From the IMG/VR virus record IMGVR_UViG_3300033066_000375: DNA of 64,000 nt; one strand, given 5' to 3'. The notes below the pieces were generated by a model. That model did not search any database. It saw only the letters and a program-made list of their open reading frames with translations, and was not told where the DNA came from. This DNA is from an uncultured virus (IMG/VR IMGVR_UViG_3300033066_000375) (taxonomy: Duplodnaviria; Heunggongvirae; Uroviricota; Caudoviricetes). Positions 1 through 10,790 of the stretch are shown piece after piece. Position 1 is the stretch's first letter, and the number at the start of each line of letters is the position of its first letter. Made by a program: the position numbers and the translations under genes.

Positions 1-192
1 GAAGCTCTTGATTTTGATCCTGATCAGTCAAAATCATGCGCCAAAGGCTTACATTTTAGTACATGTGAGTTTTGGCCGCTTATTAATGATTATGTTATGC
101 TTGCTGCTGACATTCATTTGGATGACATCATTTGTGTTTTAGAAGGAAAGGTTCGCTGCAAGAAGGCTACGATTATCGGTGTTGTGGATTGA
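1..192 (+). CDS. 3' end of a hypothetical phage protein (C-x2-GLHF motif family), truncated by the window edge
   Basis: Frame 1 is open from base 1 to TGA at 190-192: ...SCAKGLHFST...EGKVRCKKATIIGVVD*. Confidence 0.6.
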   Translation, partial: EALDFDPDQSKSCAKGLHFSTCEFWPLINDYVMLAADIHLDDIICVLEGKVRCKKATIIGVVD

Positions 193-195
193 TTT

Positions 196-2457
196 ATGAA
201 AATCTTCTCAAAGTTTAAAGACTATTACGATCACATTCAGCAGTTCGGGCAGGGTGATGATGTTTCTTATATTCGTAATACAGAAACCTATTGTGATCCA
301 TACAGCACATTTGTGTATAATAAATTTAATAAGAAAATTAGATCAGTGACTGAGTATGGTGAAAAGTTTAATAAGTATAATGATGCTGTAGCCAATGCTG
401 ATGCACACTACTTAGCTAAGATCATGCATGGTGTTGACGACAACGCTACTACGTGAATCTTGTTGACACGAGATTCACTGCGTGATATGATTACATCACA
501 AATTCGGAAAGGATAATGTAATGACTGTTCAGCGATATAGGATAGATGAAAATGGTGAATTACGTAAGTATATGTATGGCGATCTTGTAACGTTTGATGA
601 TTATACAAAGCTTGAGCGCCAGCAAGTTAAAACTACTGGAGTTTTTCTATTGCGTTATAGAAATGGCGAAGAATACGTTCATGAGTATTATTCTGATGCT
701 GAGTGTAAAAGTTTAAACTATCGCTTAACTGCATTGTCACAAGACTCACGAGCATCTAGTATCGAAGTGTTTCGTCTAGTCGATGTACCACTGGTAAAGA
801 AAACCATTCTCTCATTGCCCAATGAATAATTAATTATGAAAATCTCTTATAATCGTAACAGCATGTTTGCTGCTGTCAAGTTCCTTCGCGAGCATAATCC
901 TACTGCCTCAATGTATACTGAATTGGAGTTGGTCAATTGCATTGAAAGCTATATGCTTGATGTTGCAAAGAGTAAAGATATTTGGTCATTGGGTACTATG
1001 GGCTTCACCGTCACGTTAGATGATCGGGATGATACTTACTCTTATCATTTCAGCATTGACGTTGATCCTGCAATTGGGCAGGGTTATTTGCATCAGGAGA
1101 TTGAATTCTAATGAAAACTATTGAAGAGCGTATCAGTGCGGTAAGGGCTGCATTGGTTAATGTCTCCAGTCCTAAATCTGTTACATGGGATGAATTTTGG
1201 GATATGTATTCGTCATTTCTTCCTCAGATTGCATCTGGTGAGAATTTTGAATACGATGATGAAACTGATGTAGAAACTACTCCTATTTGGGATGAGGATG
1301 TTATTGATGAACGATTAGGTTGGAGTGAATACGCTTACAAGTTTGATATTGGGCTAAACTCTGAAGACGGATTGTTTGTTTCTGTCAGGAGATTCGATGG
1401 TGACTGTACTTGGGATCAAGTAGGCTATTACTGCGAAAATGATGGCAGTCAGAAAGAATTCGAAAATGCTTATACAGCATATGCGAATCTTGATGATTAC
1501 TTTATTGGTTGGGCTGAATACTATTGTTGGTGTGCTGAGAATGGTTGTGTAGATCCATTAGAATCATTCTATAATAGTGCCAATTGTACTATTGAGAATT
1601 TTGTGAAAGCCGCAGAAGATAATGTTAGATGTTTGAGGATGGGAAAATGAATGCCAAACAAGCTAGAGAAATTGCTGCTCCAATTGCCGCAGAAGTGACT
1701 AAAAATATTTTGAGAGATATCTATCAGCAAATTGAACGTGTAGCAAAAACTGGTAGATTTAAATATGAATATGAGGTTGGTGGTGTTGCTAATATGCCTC
1801 ATATTATATCTGCTCTTCGCGATGATCGATATTTTGTAAATACTCGCGAGAGTAATATATTAGATATTAGATGGTAATAATTTATAATTACCAATTGACT
1901 CCTAAGTTGGTTAGGGTACAATGAACACACTAACCAAAGGAACTTAAGCAATATGTCATATGAAGAAGTAAAGGCTTTAATTGAGAATTGTAATTCTACA
2001 GAAGAGTTGAGTGCTATCGTCGCAGAACTGAGTGCAGCACTTTCGAAGTTGAGTTAAATAAATCCCGATAAGAGGATGACAGTTGTAATATTAGGCCGGG
2101 AGCAATTCCCGGCCTTTTTCTTTTATATTACAACTATCCCCGACCACCATCCCATTTTATACTATTACTTCATACATGTCAAGTGTTGACTTGATGTAAT
2201 TCATTATGCTATGCTTCAATCTCACTAGATCATTGGAGCAAGAAATGGATATCATGCGAATTCAGAATGCTTTTAACGCTTTCCTTTCTACCATTCGTGA
2301 GGAAGTTGAAATTCCATCTGTGGATGCTACGGGTAACAATGACATTGCTTTCCTGATTGCAGACTCTTTGTCTTTGATTACACCGGATGATAGTACAGCG
2401 CAACAGATTGCAACCAATCTGGCATTCATGTTTCATGACATTGCCGAAAGTTATTAA
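196..2457 (+). other. Cluster of small hypothetical phage ORFs (196-456, 521-829, 836-1111, 1111-1650, 1647-1877, 2254-2457)
   Basis: Closely packed co-directional ORFs with overlapping stop/start codons; no recognisable domains. Confidence 0.7.
2094..2124 (+). terminator. Rho-independent terminator
   Basis: GGCCGGG-agcaatt-CCCGGCC followed by a T-run. Confidence 0.8.
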
Positions 2458-2515
2458 GCTCTCGTTCAGGTTCGTGTGATATAATTCAATCTTACTCACT
2501 AGGGCAGACAATCAA

Positions 2516-3256
2516 ATGAGCTTTAAACTCCTGGCTGTTTCGGGTGACGCTAAGACTATCAAGGGAGAAAAGATCGGTATCCTTACAGGTGTGATGTACT
2601 TTGCGCCTGTAGACTTGTCGGGTTATCAGGTGTGCGCAAAGGCTACTGCCGCATGTAGCGCAGCATGCTTGTATACTGCTGGTCGTGGCGTTTATCAGAA
2701 TGTTAAGAATGGTCGCATGCGCAAGACTAAATTGTTCTTTGAGAATCGTGAATTGTTTATGTCCATGTTGTATGAGGATGTACGCAAGTTAGCAGTTCGC
2801 GCTAAGAATAAGAAAATGCGTGCTGTTGTGCGTCCTAATGGAACGTCTGATATCCCGTGGGAAAAGATTGCATTCACTCATAACGGAATCTATTATCGTA
2901 ATATTATGGAAGCGTTCCCGGATGTACAATTTTATGACTATAGCAAAATTGTGAATCGTAAAGCCGCATTGTCTATTCCTAACTATCACTTGACATTCTC
3001 TCTTGCCGATGGTAACGATGCGGATGCATTGAAAGCTATTGCTTTGGGCATGAATGTGGCAGTTGTAATTAATTGTAAACGAAAGGATGTGAAACCCACC
3101 ACGTTTTCAGGTTTCCCTACTGTGGATGGTGACAAGGACGATGCGCGTTTCCTTGATAACAAAGGCAGTATTGTATTGTTGCGTGCCAAGGGTAAGGCTC
3201 GCCATGATACGTCTGGATTTGTCAAGCCGATTGACTATGTAATTAAAGCAGCTTGA
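2516..3256 (+). CDS. GP88 (gene product 88) family protein, Cys-cluster radical-SAM-like
   Basis: C-x6-C-x3-C (VCAKATAACSAACL), RPNGTSDIPW, FYDYSK, NYHLTFS and DGDKDDARFLD motifs. Confidence 0.75.
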   Translation: MSFKLLAVSGDAKTIKGEKIGILTGVMYFAPVDLSGYQVCAKATAACSAACLYTAGRGVYQNVKNGRMRKTKLFFENRELFMSMLYEDVRKLAVRAKNKKMRAVVRPNGTSDIPWEKIAFTHNGIYYRNIMEAFPDVQFYDYSKIVNRKAALSIPNYHLTFSLADGNDADALKAIALGMNVAVVINCKRKDVKPTTFSGFPTVDGDKDDARFLDNKGSIVLLRAKGKARHDTSGFVKPIDYVIKAA

Positions 3257-3419
3257 CAGTCTAAGCTTTACCTTGTAGAGTCTAATCCATCTAGGGCGAA
3301 TGGGTCGCAAATAGAAATTAAATTATAACGAAGCAATAGATACCACTTGACAAGCTAATTGATTCGGTGTAATCTAATAAACGTAACACAAACTTAACCA
3401 TCACTAAAGGATATAAAAA

Positions 3420-3773
3420 ATGAATACTGAAAATGTTGAAACCAATGAAGCCGTTGTCGAATCAGTTACTGAAGCCGTTGTTGAAACGAGTGCAGAAGAC
3501 ACTAGCAATGCTGCTGGTGCGGTTGTCGTGCATGCTGATGTTGCCTCTGTAGTCGAGAGTGTAACGCCAAAGGCTAAGGGTACTCCAGGTCGTAAGCCAA
3601 TTCCGAATTCAGGTCTACAGCGTGCGCTGTCCATTTATACGCGAATGGCTGGTGCAAAGCGTTCTGATGTCGTGTCAGCGATTGTTGCAGATGGTGTTCA
3701 GAAGGCTTCAGCAAATACTTATTACCATTTGATCAAGAATGGTAAGGTAAAGGCTGCGTCTGATCGCGTCTGA
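3420..3773 (+). CDS. Small protein with acidic N-terminus and basic, AT-hook-like C-terminal putative DNA-binding domain
   Basis: RBS AAGGA; TPGRKP motif followed by a helical basic domain. Confidence 0.55.
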   Translation: MNTENVETNEAVVESVTEAVVETSAEDTSNAAGAVVVHADVASVVESVTPKAKGTPGRKPIPNSGLQRALSIYTRMAGAKRSDVVSAIVADGVQKASANTYYHLIKNGKVKAASDRV

Positions 3774-3902
3774 TAACGTAAGTTATTGATTTATAAGAAA
3801 ATCCCTGGCGTTAGCATTCCAGGGATTTTTCATTTAGTGCTTGACAATTGCATTCTATTAGTCTATAGTTCATTCATACTTTCAACAACCAAGGAAAATA
3901 CA

Positions 3903-6251
3903 ATGCGTCTGAATCATACGGAATTTGATGGTGCGATCTCCAACATTGGAGTGCGCAAGGACTTTGGCTTTGCCGCTAATGGCAAGGCATTTCGTACTTT
4001 GTTCGATACGTTGTATCAGGACAAGATTGGTTCAATCGTGCGCGAAGTTTCCTGTAATGCATATGATGCCCATGTCTTTGCTGGTAAGGGTGATTTGCCT
4101 TTTGAAATTCATCTGCCGTCCATGATGGAACCATATTTCTCTGTAAAGGATTATGGTATTGGTATGGATGAAGAGACTATTGGTGCAGTCTTTACCATTA
4201 TGTTTGCGTCTACCAAAGATAATTCTAATATTGGTGTTGGCGGGTTCGGTCTTGGTAGCAAGACTCCATTTGCTTATACTGATAATTTCACTGTCATTTC
4301 TATTAAGGATGGCATTTCCACTACGTACACTATGTTTCTGTCCCCTGATGGGACTCCTGGATATGTGAAACTGTCTGAGAAACATACTACTGAATGTAAT
4401 GGTGTTGAGATCATGCTGCCGGTCAATGAAGTTAGTGATCGTAAGGCATTTTCTAATGCAATTATTAATCAATTGCACTTTTTCCCCGTGCGTCCTGTTA
4501 TTAAGGGTGGTGATTATGGTCTTGTCTGGCAGACTGAGCCAGCCGATTCCGATGCCACTATGATTCACAACAATGTCAAATTCTTTTCTAAGCATTCACT
4601 GAAGTCTACAGATCGTCATGGCAATTTCATTGTCGTCGGTCCTGTTGGCTATGATTTGAATTATAGGCTTTTGACTGAAAAGCTTCCCAAGCATACCAAG
4701 TTAATTAATTGGATGCAGGAACAGAGTGTGCGCGTTTGTTTTAATATCGGTGAAGTCTCCGTTACTCCGTCGCGTGAAACTCTGTCTTATGATGATATGA
4801 CGATTCAGGCTTTTGATAAAAAGCTTGATGGATTGCTGGATATTCTGACCAAGCAATATTGTGATGAGTTTAACGCAATTGGCTCATTACTCGAAAAAGC
4901 TATTTTCATGGCTAATAACAATACTTGGGCGCGTAAACTGGTGGACAAGTCGCTCTATTCTGTTTTCGATAAGAGTATCCTTACTACCAATTATAGTGGT
5001 AATTATAATAATATCAGTGCGACTAAAATCGCTGAAATGGTGAAACAGAATTCGTATGCATTCATTCGTTTTCATCCTTTGAGTTCTTTCGGTCAAAAGC
5101 GTAATTATAATTTCAGTGATATTCTGCAATTCAATAAGCCAGAATTTAATTTCTGTATTATTGATACGAGTCGTTTCCTTGATCGTCGGTTGACTACTGC
5201 TGCAACTGAAATTACTCTGACTGATTATTACGCATTGATAATCAATCGTGATTCGCTTGATGATAATCAATATAAGGATGTTATTAAGGATATCAAAGAC
5301 TTACTGTGTGGATATGGTTTTACTGTTCGTCAATTGAGTGAGTTTGCGCCAGCTAAAGTTGAGCGTGATTATTCGGCTGTTAAGTCTCATGGTTATCGTA
5401 TTAGGGCTGGTATTGATTTCAAGAGGGAAATTGAAACTTCTCTTCCTTCATCATATGCATGGGAGAAATTGCTTAATAAGTCTGAGATTACTCCTGGATT
5501 CTATATCGAATCGCATTATGGTAAAATCGAACAGTCGCGTGTTGCCAATATTCACAAACTGTTACAATTGAAAGCATTTAAGATGCTTCCTGAAGAAATG
5601 AATCTGGATATTTTTGCATTGCCTCTTAAGGCATGTGAGAAACTTTCAGAAGATGATGGTTGGGTGAAATTGGATGATTATATTTCCAAGGTCGCAGACG
5701 TCAATATTAGTGAGTTGTGCCACGATGTATGGGTCGCAGATTCCTTGGATAAGGTTATTAAGGAATTGGATGCAGCTTCCATTTATACCCTCCAGGTATT
5801 AAGTAATATGCTGCCGATCCATAATATGTTTAACTCATTGCGTGCATTATTAATTGATAATCAGATTATGCTTGGTGGTTATGATGCGGAAACGCTTGAA
5901 GTAATGATTTCGTTAAAGCCGATTTCATATATTCATGCCGCTAATAGGATTAAAAATGCTATTAATCGTTTTATCGTAAAGAAATTTAAGGCATTTCCTT
6001 TGCTTCCAACTGATCAGATTTTCTCTTATGCTTATGAAAATTTGAAGCCGGATATGGTAAAGGAATATGTTGAATATGTTGAATTTTTCAGTAATAAATA
6101 CCCTGAGCGATTAAATACTGATGAATTTGATTTATCTTTATTGGAAGCTGAATTTCCAGTAAAGCCGGGATCAGTAGTGGTGCCAGTAGTGGTGCCAGTA
6201 GTGGTGCCAGTAGTGGTGCCAACCGTTGAATCAATCGAAGAAAACGTTTGA
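3903..6251 (+). CDS. rIIA: rIIA lysis inhibitor / membrane integrity protector (GHKL ATPase N-terminus)
   Basis: LYQDKIGSIVREVSCNAYDAH, DYGIGM, GGFGLGSKTPFAYTD and VTPSRETLSYD motifs; directly upstream of rIIB. Confidence 0.92.
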   Translation: MRLNHTEFDGAISNIGVRKDFGFAANGKAFRTLFDTLYQDKIGSIVREVSCNAYDAHVFAGKGDLPFEIHLPSMMEPYFSVKDYGIGMDEETIGAVFTIMFASTKDNSNIGVGGFGLGSKTPFAYTDNFTVISIKDGISTTYTMFLSPDGTPGYVKLSEKHTTECNGVEIMLPVNEVSDRKAFSNAIINQLHFFPVRPVIKGGDYGLVWQTEPADSDATMIHNNVKFFSKHSLKSTDRHGNFIVVGPVGYDLNYRLLTEKLPKHTKLINWMQEQSVRVCFNIGEVSVTPSRETLSYDDMTIQAFDKKLDGLLDILTKQYCDEFNAIGSLLEKAIFMANNNTWARKLVDKSLYSVFDKSILTTNYSGNYNNISATKIAEMVKQNSYAFIRFHPLSSFGQKRNYNFSDILQFNKPEFNFCIIDTSRFLDRRLTTAATEITLTDYYALIINRDSLDDNQYKDVIKDIKDLLCGYGFTVRQLSEFAPAKVERDYSAVKSHGYRIRAGIDFKREIETSLPSSYAWEKLLNKSEITPGFYIESHYGKIEQSRVANIHKLLQLKAFKMLPEEMNLDIFALPLKACEKLSEDDGWVKLDDYISKVADVNISELCHDVWVADSLDKVIKELDAASIYTLQVLSNMLPIHNMFNSLRALLIDNQIMLGGYDAETLEVMISLKPISYIHAANRIKNAINRFIVKKFKAFPLLPTDQIFSYAYENLKPDMVKEYVEYVEFFSNKYPERLNTDEFDLSLLEAEFPVKPGSVVVPVVVPVVVPVVVPTVESIEENV
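6172..6219 (+). repeat. 12-bp tandem repeat (CAGTAGTGGTGC)x4 encoding VVVP repeats in the rIIA C-terminus
   Basis: Seen directly in the sequence. Confidence 0.9.
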
Positions 6252-6309
6252 CAAGTATCGTATAGTGCGGTATGATGTATCACCATAACAAATGACCAGG
6301 AGAAACAAA

Positions 6310-7332
6310 ATGTCAGTTCCTTATATTTTTACCCCAAGTGCTATTACGGTAGTTCTTGATGGGCGTACTCATGTTGTACCTGCTAGCGCACCGAATTTCA
6401 GTGATTTGAAGGCTGGCCTGCGCAAGAATGCTGATGAGGCAGCTATTAAGAAAATCCTCAATATCAAGGCTTACGTTGCTCAGTTGTCTGAAGGTCGTGC
6501 AGAAATTGTAGATGGTAGTCTCTATTTCGATGGCGCTCCGCTGGCTGGTGTACTTGCTGAACGTGTTTCACAGATGTTTGCTGAAGGGTTTGGTGTTCTG
6601 CCATTGCTCCGATTCTTGAATCGTGTTGCACAGAATCCTCGTAAGGATATCGCAGAAGAGTTGTATCCTTTCTTGGAATCTGGTAGTCTTCCTATCACTG
6701 AAGATGGTTGCGTCTTGGCATACAAGATGGTCCGCTATGATTTTAAGGATTTGTATACTGGTGCGATGGATAATTCCCCTGGTAGCGTTCCTTCGCTGAA
6801 GCGCTATGAAGAAGTTGATAGTGATCGTCATAACACCTGTTCTCGTGGTTTGCATTTCGCATCACTTCAATATATCGAATCTGGTGCATATGCAGGAAAC
6901 AATGGTAGTAACAAGTTGATTATGTTGAAGATCGATCCAGCCGATATCGTGTCGATCCCAACTGATTATAATCGTTCCAAGGGTCGTGCATGGAAGTATG
7001 AAGTGGTGCGCGAACTTGAATGGTCTGATCGCATTAAGGCCAATTTCGTAACGAATAGTTACGTTGAAGCTGAAGATGTTGCTGAAGATGTTGCAGAAGA
7101 TGCTGATGATGTTGATTACGATGATAGCGCGGAAGTTGAAACTACATCAGTTGAAAAGCCTGTAGTGACTTCTAAGTTGACAGAAGAAGATGTAGTTGCT
7201 ATCCTTGATTTACTTGATGAGGGTGAAAGCACACTGAGCGCCATTGCTAAGTTGTACGATGTTAGCCCGCGTCAGATTGCCCGCATCCGCGATGGTGAAT
7301 CCTGGTCTTGGGTTCCCCGTCCCTGGGAGTGA
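6310..7332 (+). CDS. rIIB: rIIB protein with C-terminal HTH
   Basis: QNP..ELYPFL..LPITEDGCVLAYK, CSRGLHF and IDPADIVSIPTDYN motifs. Confidence 0.92.
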   Translation: MSVPYIFTPSAITVVLDGRTHVVPASAPNFSDLKAGLRKNADEAAIKKILNIKAYVAQLSEGRAEIVDGSLYFDGAPLAGVLAERVSQMFAEGFGVLPLLRFLNRVAQNPRKDIAEELYPFLESGSLPITEDGCVLAYKMVRYDFKDLYTGAMDNSPGSVPSLKRYEEVDSDRHNTCSRGLHFASLQYIESGAYAGNNGSNKLIMLKIDPADIVSIPTDYNRSKGRAWKYEVVRELEWSDRIKANFVTNSYVEAEDVAEDVAEDADDVDYDDSAEVETTSVEKPVVTSKLTEEDVVAILDLLDEGESTLSAIAKLYDVSPRQIARIRDGESWSWVPRPWE

Positions 7333-7454
7333 TCTAAGGTACTAGATGGGGGAAGGGAAACCTTCCCCCATTCATTTTATGTTCATGATTTGTATAGTAA
7401 AATGGGTGCGTGGTCGGTACAATGATAAATACTTTCATACATCGGAGTTTTATC

Positions 7455-7964
7455 ATGAAAAAATATATGTTAGCATTAGTTTTAGCAGTTGCATCATTAG
7501 GCGCTTTTGCACGTCCTGTAATTACTACACAGCCACCTGTTGTGGTAACATCAGTTGTACCTGAGTCTGCATCTGGTTATTGGTATTCACAGCAAGTATC
7601 TGGGCTACAAGTTGTGTTGGTTACTGGCAAGTATTTTGCTAGTATGACTGGTTCAAGTGCGACTTGTGGGAAAATTTTAAAAACTACTGTTGGTATTCCA
7701 AGAGTTGGACCAATATCAGGTCTATTCTCAGCTACTGGTCAGGCAGTTGACTCCAATGGTGTGGGTATTCCATATGGAACTATTTTAAATTTGATTTCTA
7801 AAAATACTCTAGCTGGAACTATATCTATTACTAATTATGATTCTGCTACTGGTTATCTAGAAGTTTATATCTCTACGCCAGCTGGTGGCCCTAATGGTTC
7901 ATATTTGCTAAACCGTGACCCATTAACACCATCAACAGCATTAATTGTTCCAAATTGTCAATAA
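7455..7964 (+). CDS. Secreted/exported hypothetical protein
   Basis: Signal peptide MKKYMLALVLAVASLGAFA; late-type TAAATA upstream; terminator at 7994-8024. Confidence 0.65.
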   Translation: MKKYMLALVLAVASLGAFARPVITTQPPVVVTSVVPESASGYWYSQQVSGLQVVLVTGKYFASMTGSSATCGKILKTTVGIPRVGPISGLFSATGQAVDSNGVGIPYGTILNLISKNTLAGTISITNYDSATGYLEVYISTPAGGPNGSYLLNRDPLTPSTALIVPNCQ

Positions 7965-8065
7965 GTGTAAATTATAAATAGTTGTAACATTCCGAAGGGA
8001 GGCTTGACGCCTCCCTTCTTTTTTGATATGATCTATCCACCATAACAAAAGGACATGGGCTACAA

Positions 8066-8263
8066 ATGAGCAATCTGACCAACCTCTACACGCGTTTGGC
8101 GCAACTTTCCCATAAGTTGGCTGAAGTTAAAGCGATGGAGGAAACTGATGAAAATATCAAGTTGGCTGAAGAACTTGAAGATAAGATTGACGAACTAGCG
8201 GAAGAGATTGAAGATTATGAGCAAGACGATTATAATGATCGTCACAGCGCCACCTTCCGATAA
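8066..8263 (+). CDS. Acidic coiled-coil hypothetical protein
   Basis: Heptad pattern; upstream promoter and RBS. Confidence 0.6.
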   Translation: MSNLTNLYTRLAQLSHKLAEVKAMEETDENIKLAEELEDKIDELAEEIEDYEQDDYNDRHSATFR

Positions 8264-8270
8264 AAATTTT

Positions 8271-8347
8271 GAGTCGCTAGCTTAGTCAGACTAAAGCTCC
8301 GGATTCTAAATCCGGCATCGTGGGTTTAAATCCCACGCGACTCACCA
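8271..8347 (+). tRNA. tRNA with CUA anticodon (amber suppressor-type)
   Basis: Acceptor GAGTCGC/GCGACTC, anticodon arm CCGGA-TTCTAAA-TCCGG, encoded CCA; atypical T-loop TTTAAAT. Confidence 0.8.
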
Positions 8348-8361
8348 ATCAAAAGAAAGCC

Positions 8362-8985
8362 ATGATCCGCCTAATCACTAAGGTTCCGAATAAAGCAGGG
8401 ATCGCCTTTTCAGGTGGGATCGATTCTCTTGCCGCTGCACATTTCTTGAAGAAAGGTAAAAAGGATATTACTTTATACCACTTCAATCATGGTTGCCAAT
8501 ACTCCGATGAAATTGAACGGCAGTGCCGAGAATCGGCTAAGTCATTGAATTGCAACATTATTGTTGGAAGTTATGACGGTATTCGCCTTAAGGGCCAATC
8601 TTTGGAGGACTCTTGGCGTAGAGCAAGATATCGATTTTTACGATCATTCGATGAAACCATCATCACTTGCCATCATCTTGACGATGCGGTGGAAACGTGG
8701 GTGTGGTCATGCCTTCATGGTGAAGGTAAATTGATCCCCGTAGAATCTGGCAACATCATCCGGCCATTTCTTACAACAGAAAAATCAGTTTTCGAGAATC
8801 ATTGTAAAATCAACAACTTACGAGTTGTTGAAGATGAAATGAACAAAGATTTGCATCTAATGCGCAATTATATGCGAGTAAATATGATGCAACATATTTA
8901 TTGCATAAATCCTGGATTACGGAAAGTAATCAAGAAAAAATACATAAATATGATTAGTATTCCAGAATCAGAAGATGACAACTAA
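8362..8985 (+). CDS. tilS: tRNA(Ile)-lysidine synthetase (PP-loop ATPase domain only)
   Basis: AFSGGIDS PP-loop, HFNHG, RRARYRF, TCHHLDDAVET, IIRPFL and RNYMR motifs. Confidence 0.9.
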   Translation: MIRLITKVPNKAGIAFSGGIDSLAAAHFLKKGKKDITLYHFNHGCQYSDEIERQCRESAKSLNCNIIVGSYDGIRLKGQSLEDSWRRARYRFLRSFDETIITCHHLDDAVETWVWSCLHGEGKLIPVESGNIIRPFLTTEKSVFENHCKINNLRVVEDEMNKDLHLMRNYMRVNMMQHIYCINPGLRKVIKKKYINMISIPESEDDN

Positions 8986-10648
8986 AGAAGAACTACAAGA
9001 GATATTCAAACAAAAAAACTGGCCGGGGTGGTTGGCTAGGAATAGACCATTACTATTGGCTGAGTTAAAACGATTAACTAATTTTGTACCGGAAGATTTT
9101 CCTTTGGTTGTGAGAGCGTGGCACATCACAAACGAGATATTTACAATACCCAAATGTATGCTGTGCGATCAAACTGTTTTTCTTCGAAAAAAGCAAAATA
9201 TATACAGTGACTATTGTAGAGAATGTGCCAGAAAGGTAGAACAACAGAACAGAGAAAAAGCGGTATTAGAAAAATATGGTACAAAATATGTATTATCCGT
9301 AGATAGCGTTCGGAAAAGCATAAAATGTACAAATTTAGAGAAATATGGTGTAGATAATGTTTCACAATCTGATTTGATACGAAAAAAAATAAAAAAAACA
9401 ATTAAAGAGAAATATGGTGTAGATAATGTTTCACAATCACCAGAAATTAAACAAAAAAAAATTGATAAAGCATTGCAGGTATATGGAGTTGAAAGTCATT
9501 TAACGTTGTCGCACATAAAAGACAAAATTAAGAAAACGAATTTAGAGAAATATGGTAAGCAAAATGCAATGCAATCTGACGAGATTAAGAATAAAAATAA
9601 GAAGACATGCTTAGAAAAATATGGCGTAGAATTCCATATACAAAAAAATCTGTCTAAAGAAACATTAGAGATATTAAATTCTAAAGATGCACTGATTGAT
9701 ATGCATCATAACAAAAAGATGACACAAGGGGAGATAGCTAAAATTCTTGGTGTTGTCCAAACTACTGTATCCGAGTATTGTTTTGAACATAATATAGAAA
9801 TTAAACATTATTTCAGGTCTACCGGAGAAAAAGATCTCTTCGATTTTGTGTTATCATCATTTTCAAATGCAATACCTAACTACAGAAAAATAGAAGGTGT
9901 AGAGTTGGATTGCTTCATACCAGAAATATCATTAGCGATAGAATATAATGGAGTGTATTGGCATAGTGAAAAGGCTGGTAAGACACAAAACTTTCATTCT
10001 GACAAATATAATTTATGTAAAGATAATGGAATACGTTTAATAACTATTTTTGAAAATGAGTGGATTGAGAAGAATGATTTAGTGAAAACAAAGCTATTAA
10101 ACATATTCGGAAAATCACAAGAGCGTAAGATATATGCTAGAAAAACTGTAATTTGTGAAGTATCTACAAAAGATAAGAATGATTTTTTTGATTCATATCA
10201 TATTCAAGGATCTGGTCCATCCTCCATAAATTTTGGATTAATGAATGACAATGAATTAGTTGCATGTATGGGTTTTATTAAGTACAGTGATTATTATGTT
10301 TTGAATAGATATGCGTCATCATGTAACGTTGTTGGTGGATTTACAAAATTGTTAACACATTTTGAAAATAAATTTACTAACCCCAAGATAGTGACGTTTG
10401 CAGATCTAAGATGGTCAGAGGGAAATTTATATCGCATTTCGAAATTTAAACTTGATAGTGTACTTGAACCTGACTATAGTTGGGTTAAAGATGGAAAAGT
10501 TTGGCATAAATTTAATTGGAGGCACACTTCCGGTCTTAAAAAATTACAAAATTATGATCCGGCCAAATCAGAGATAGAGAACATGCATGCTCACGGGTTC
10601 TATCGCCTATGGGACTGCGGTAAGTTGCGATTCGTAAAAAACACTTGA
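8975..10648 (+). mobile_element. Free-standing homing endonuclease (Hef-like: Zn finger, KYGVxN repeats, PD-(D/E)xK nuclease, C-terminal acetyltransferase-like fold)
   Basis: KYGVDNVSQ repeats, ELDCFIPEISLAIEYNGVYWHSE, TFADLRWSEG and RLWDCG motifs; AT-richer than its flanks. Confidence 0.8.
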
Positions 10649-10746
10649 TGCGCAACTATATGCGTGCTAACATGATGCAACATATCTACCATATCAACCC
10701 CGGCTTGAAGAAAGTTGTCAGAAAGAAATATCTTGACAAGTCGTAA
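10642..10746 (+). pseudogene. Displaced copy of the tilS 3' end
   Basis: Translates HLMRNYMRANMMQHIYHINPGLKKVVRKKYLDKS*, homologous to the TilS residues encoded at 8854-8946. Confidence 0.85.
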
Positions 10747-10790
10747 TGTGTATTGTACTATAGTTACATCATCTCAATGGAGATATCCAA

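Noticed and set aside
8975..10648. Group I intron in tilS
   Set aside because: No flanking non-coding intron core; the ORF overlaps both neighbours; a duplicated gene tail explains the layout.
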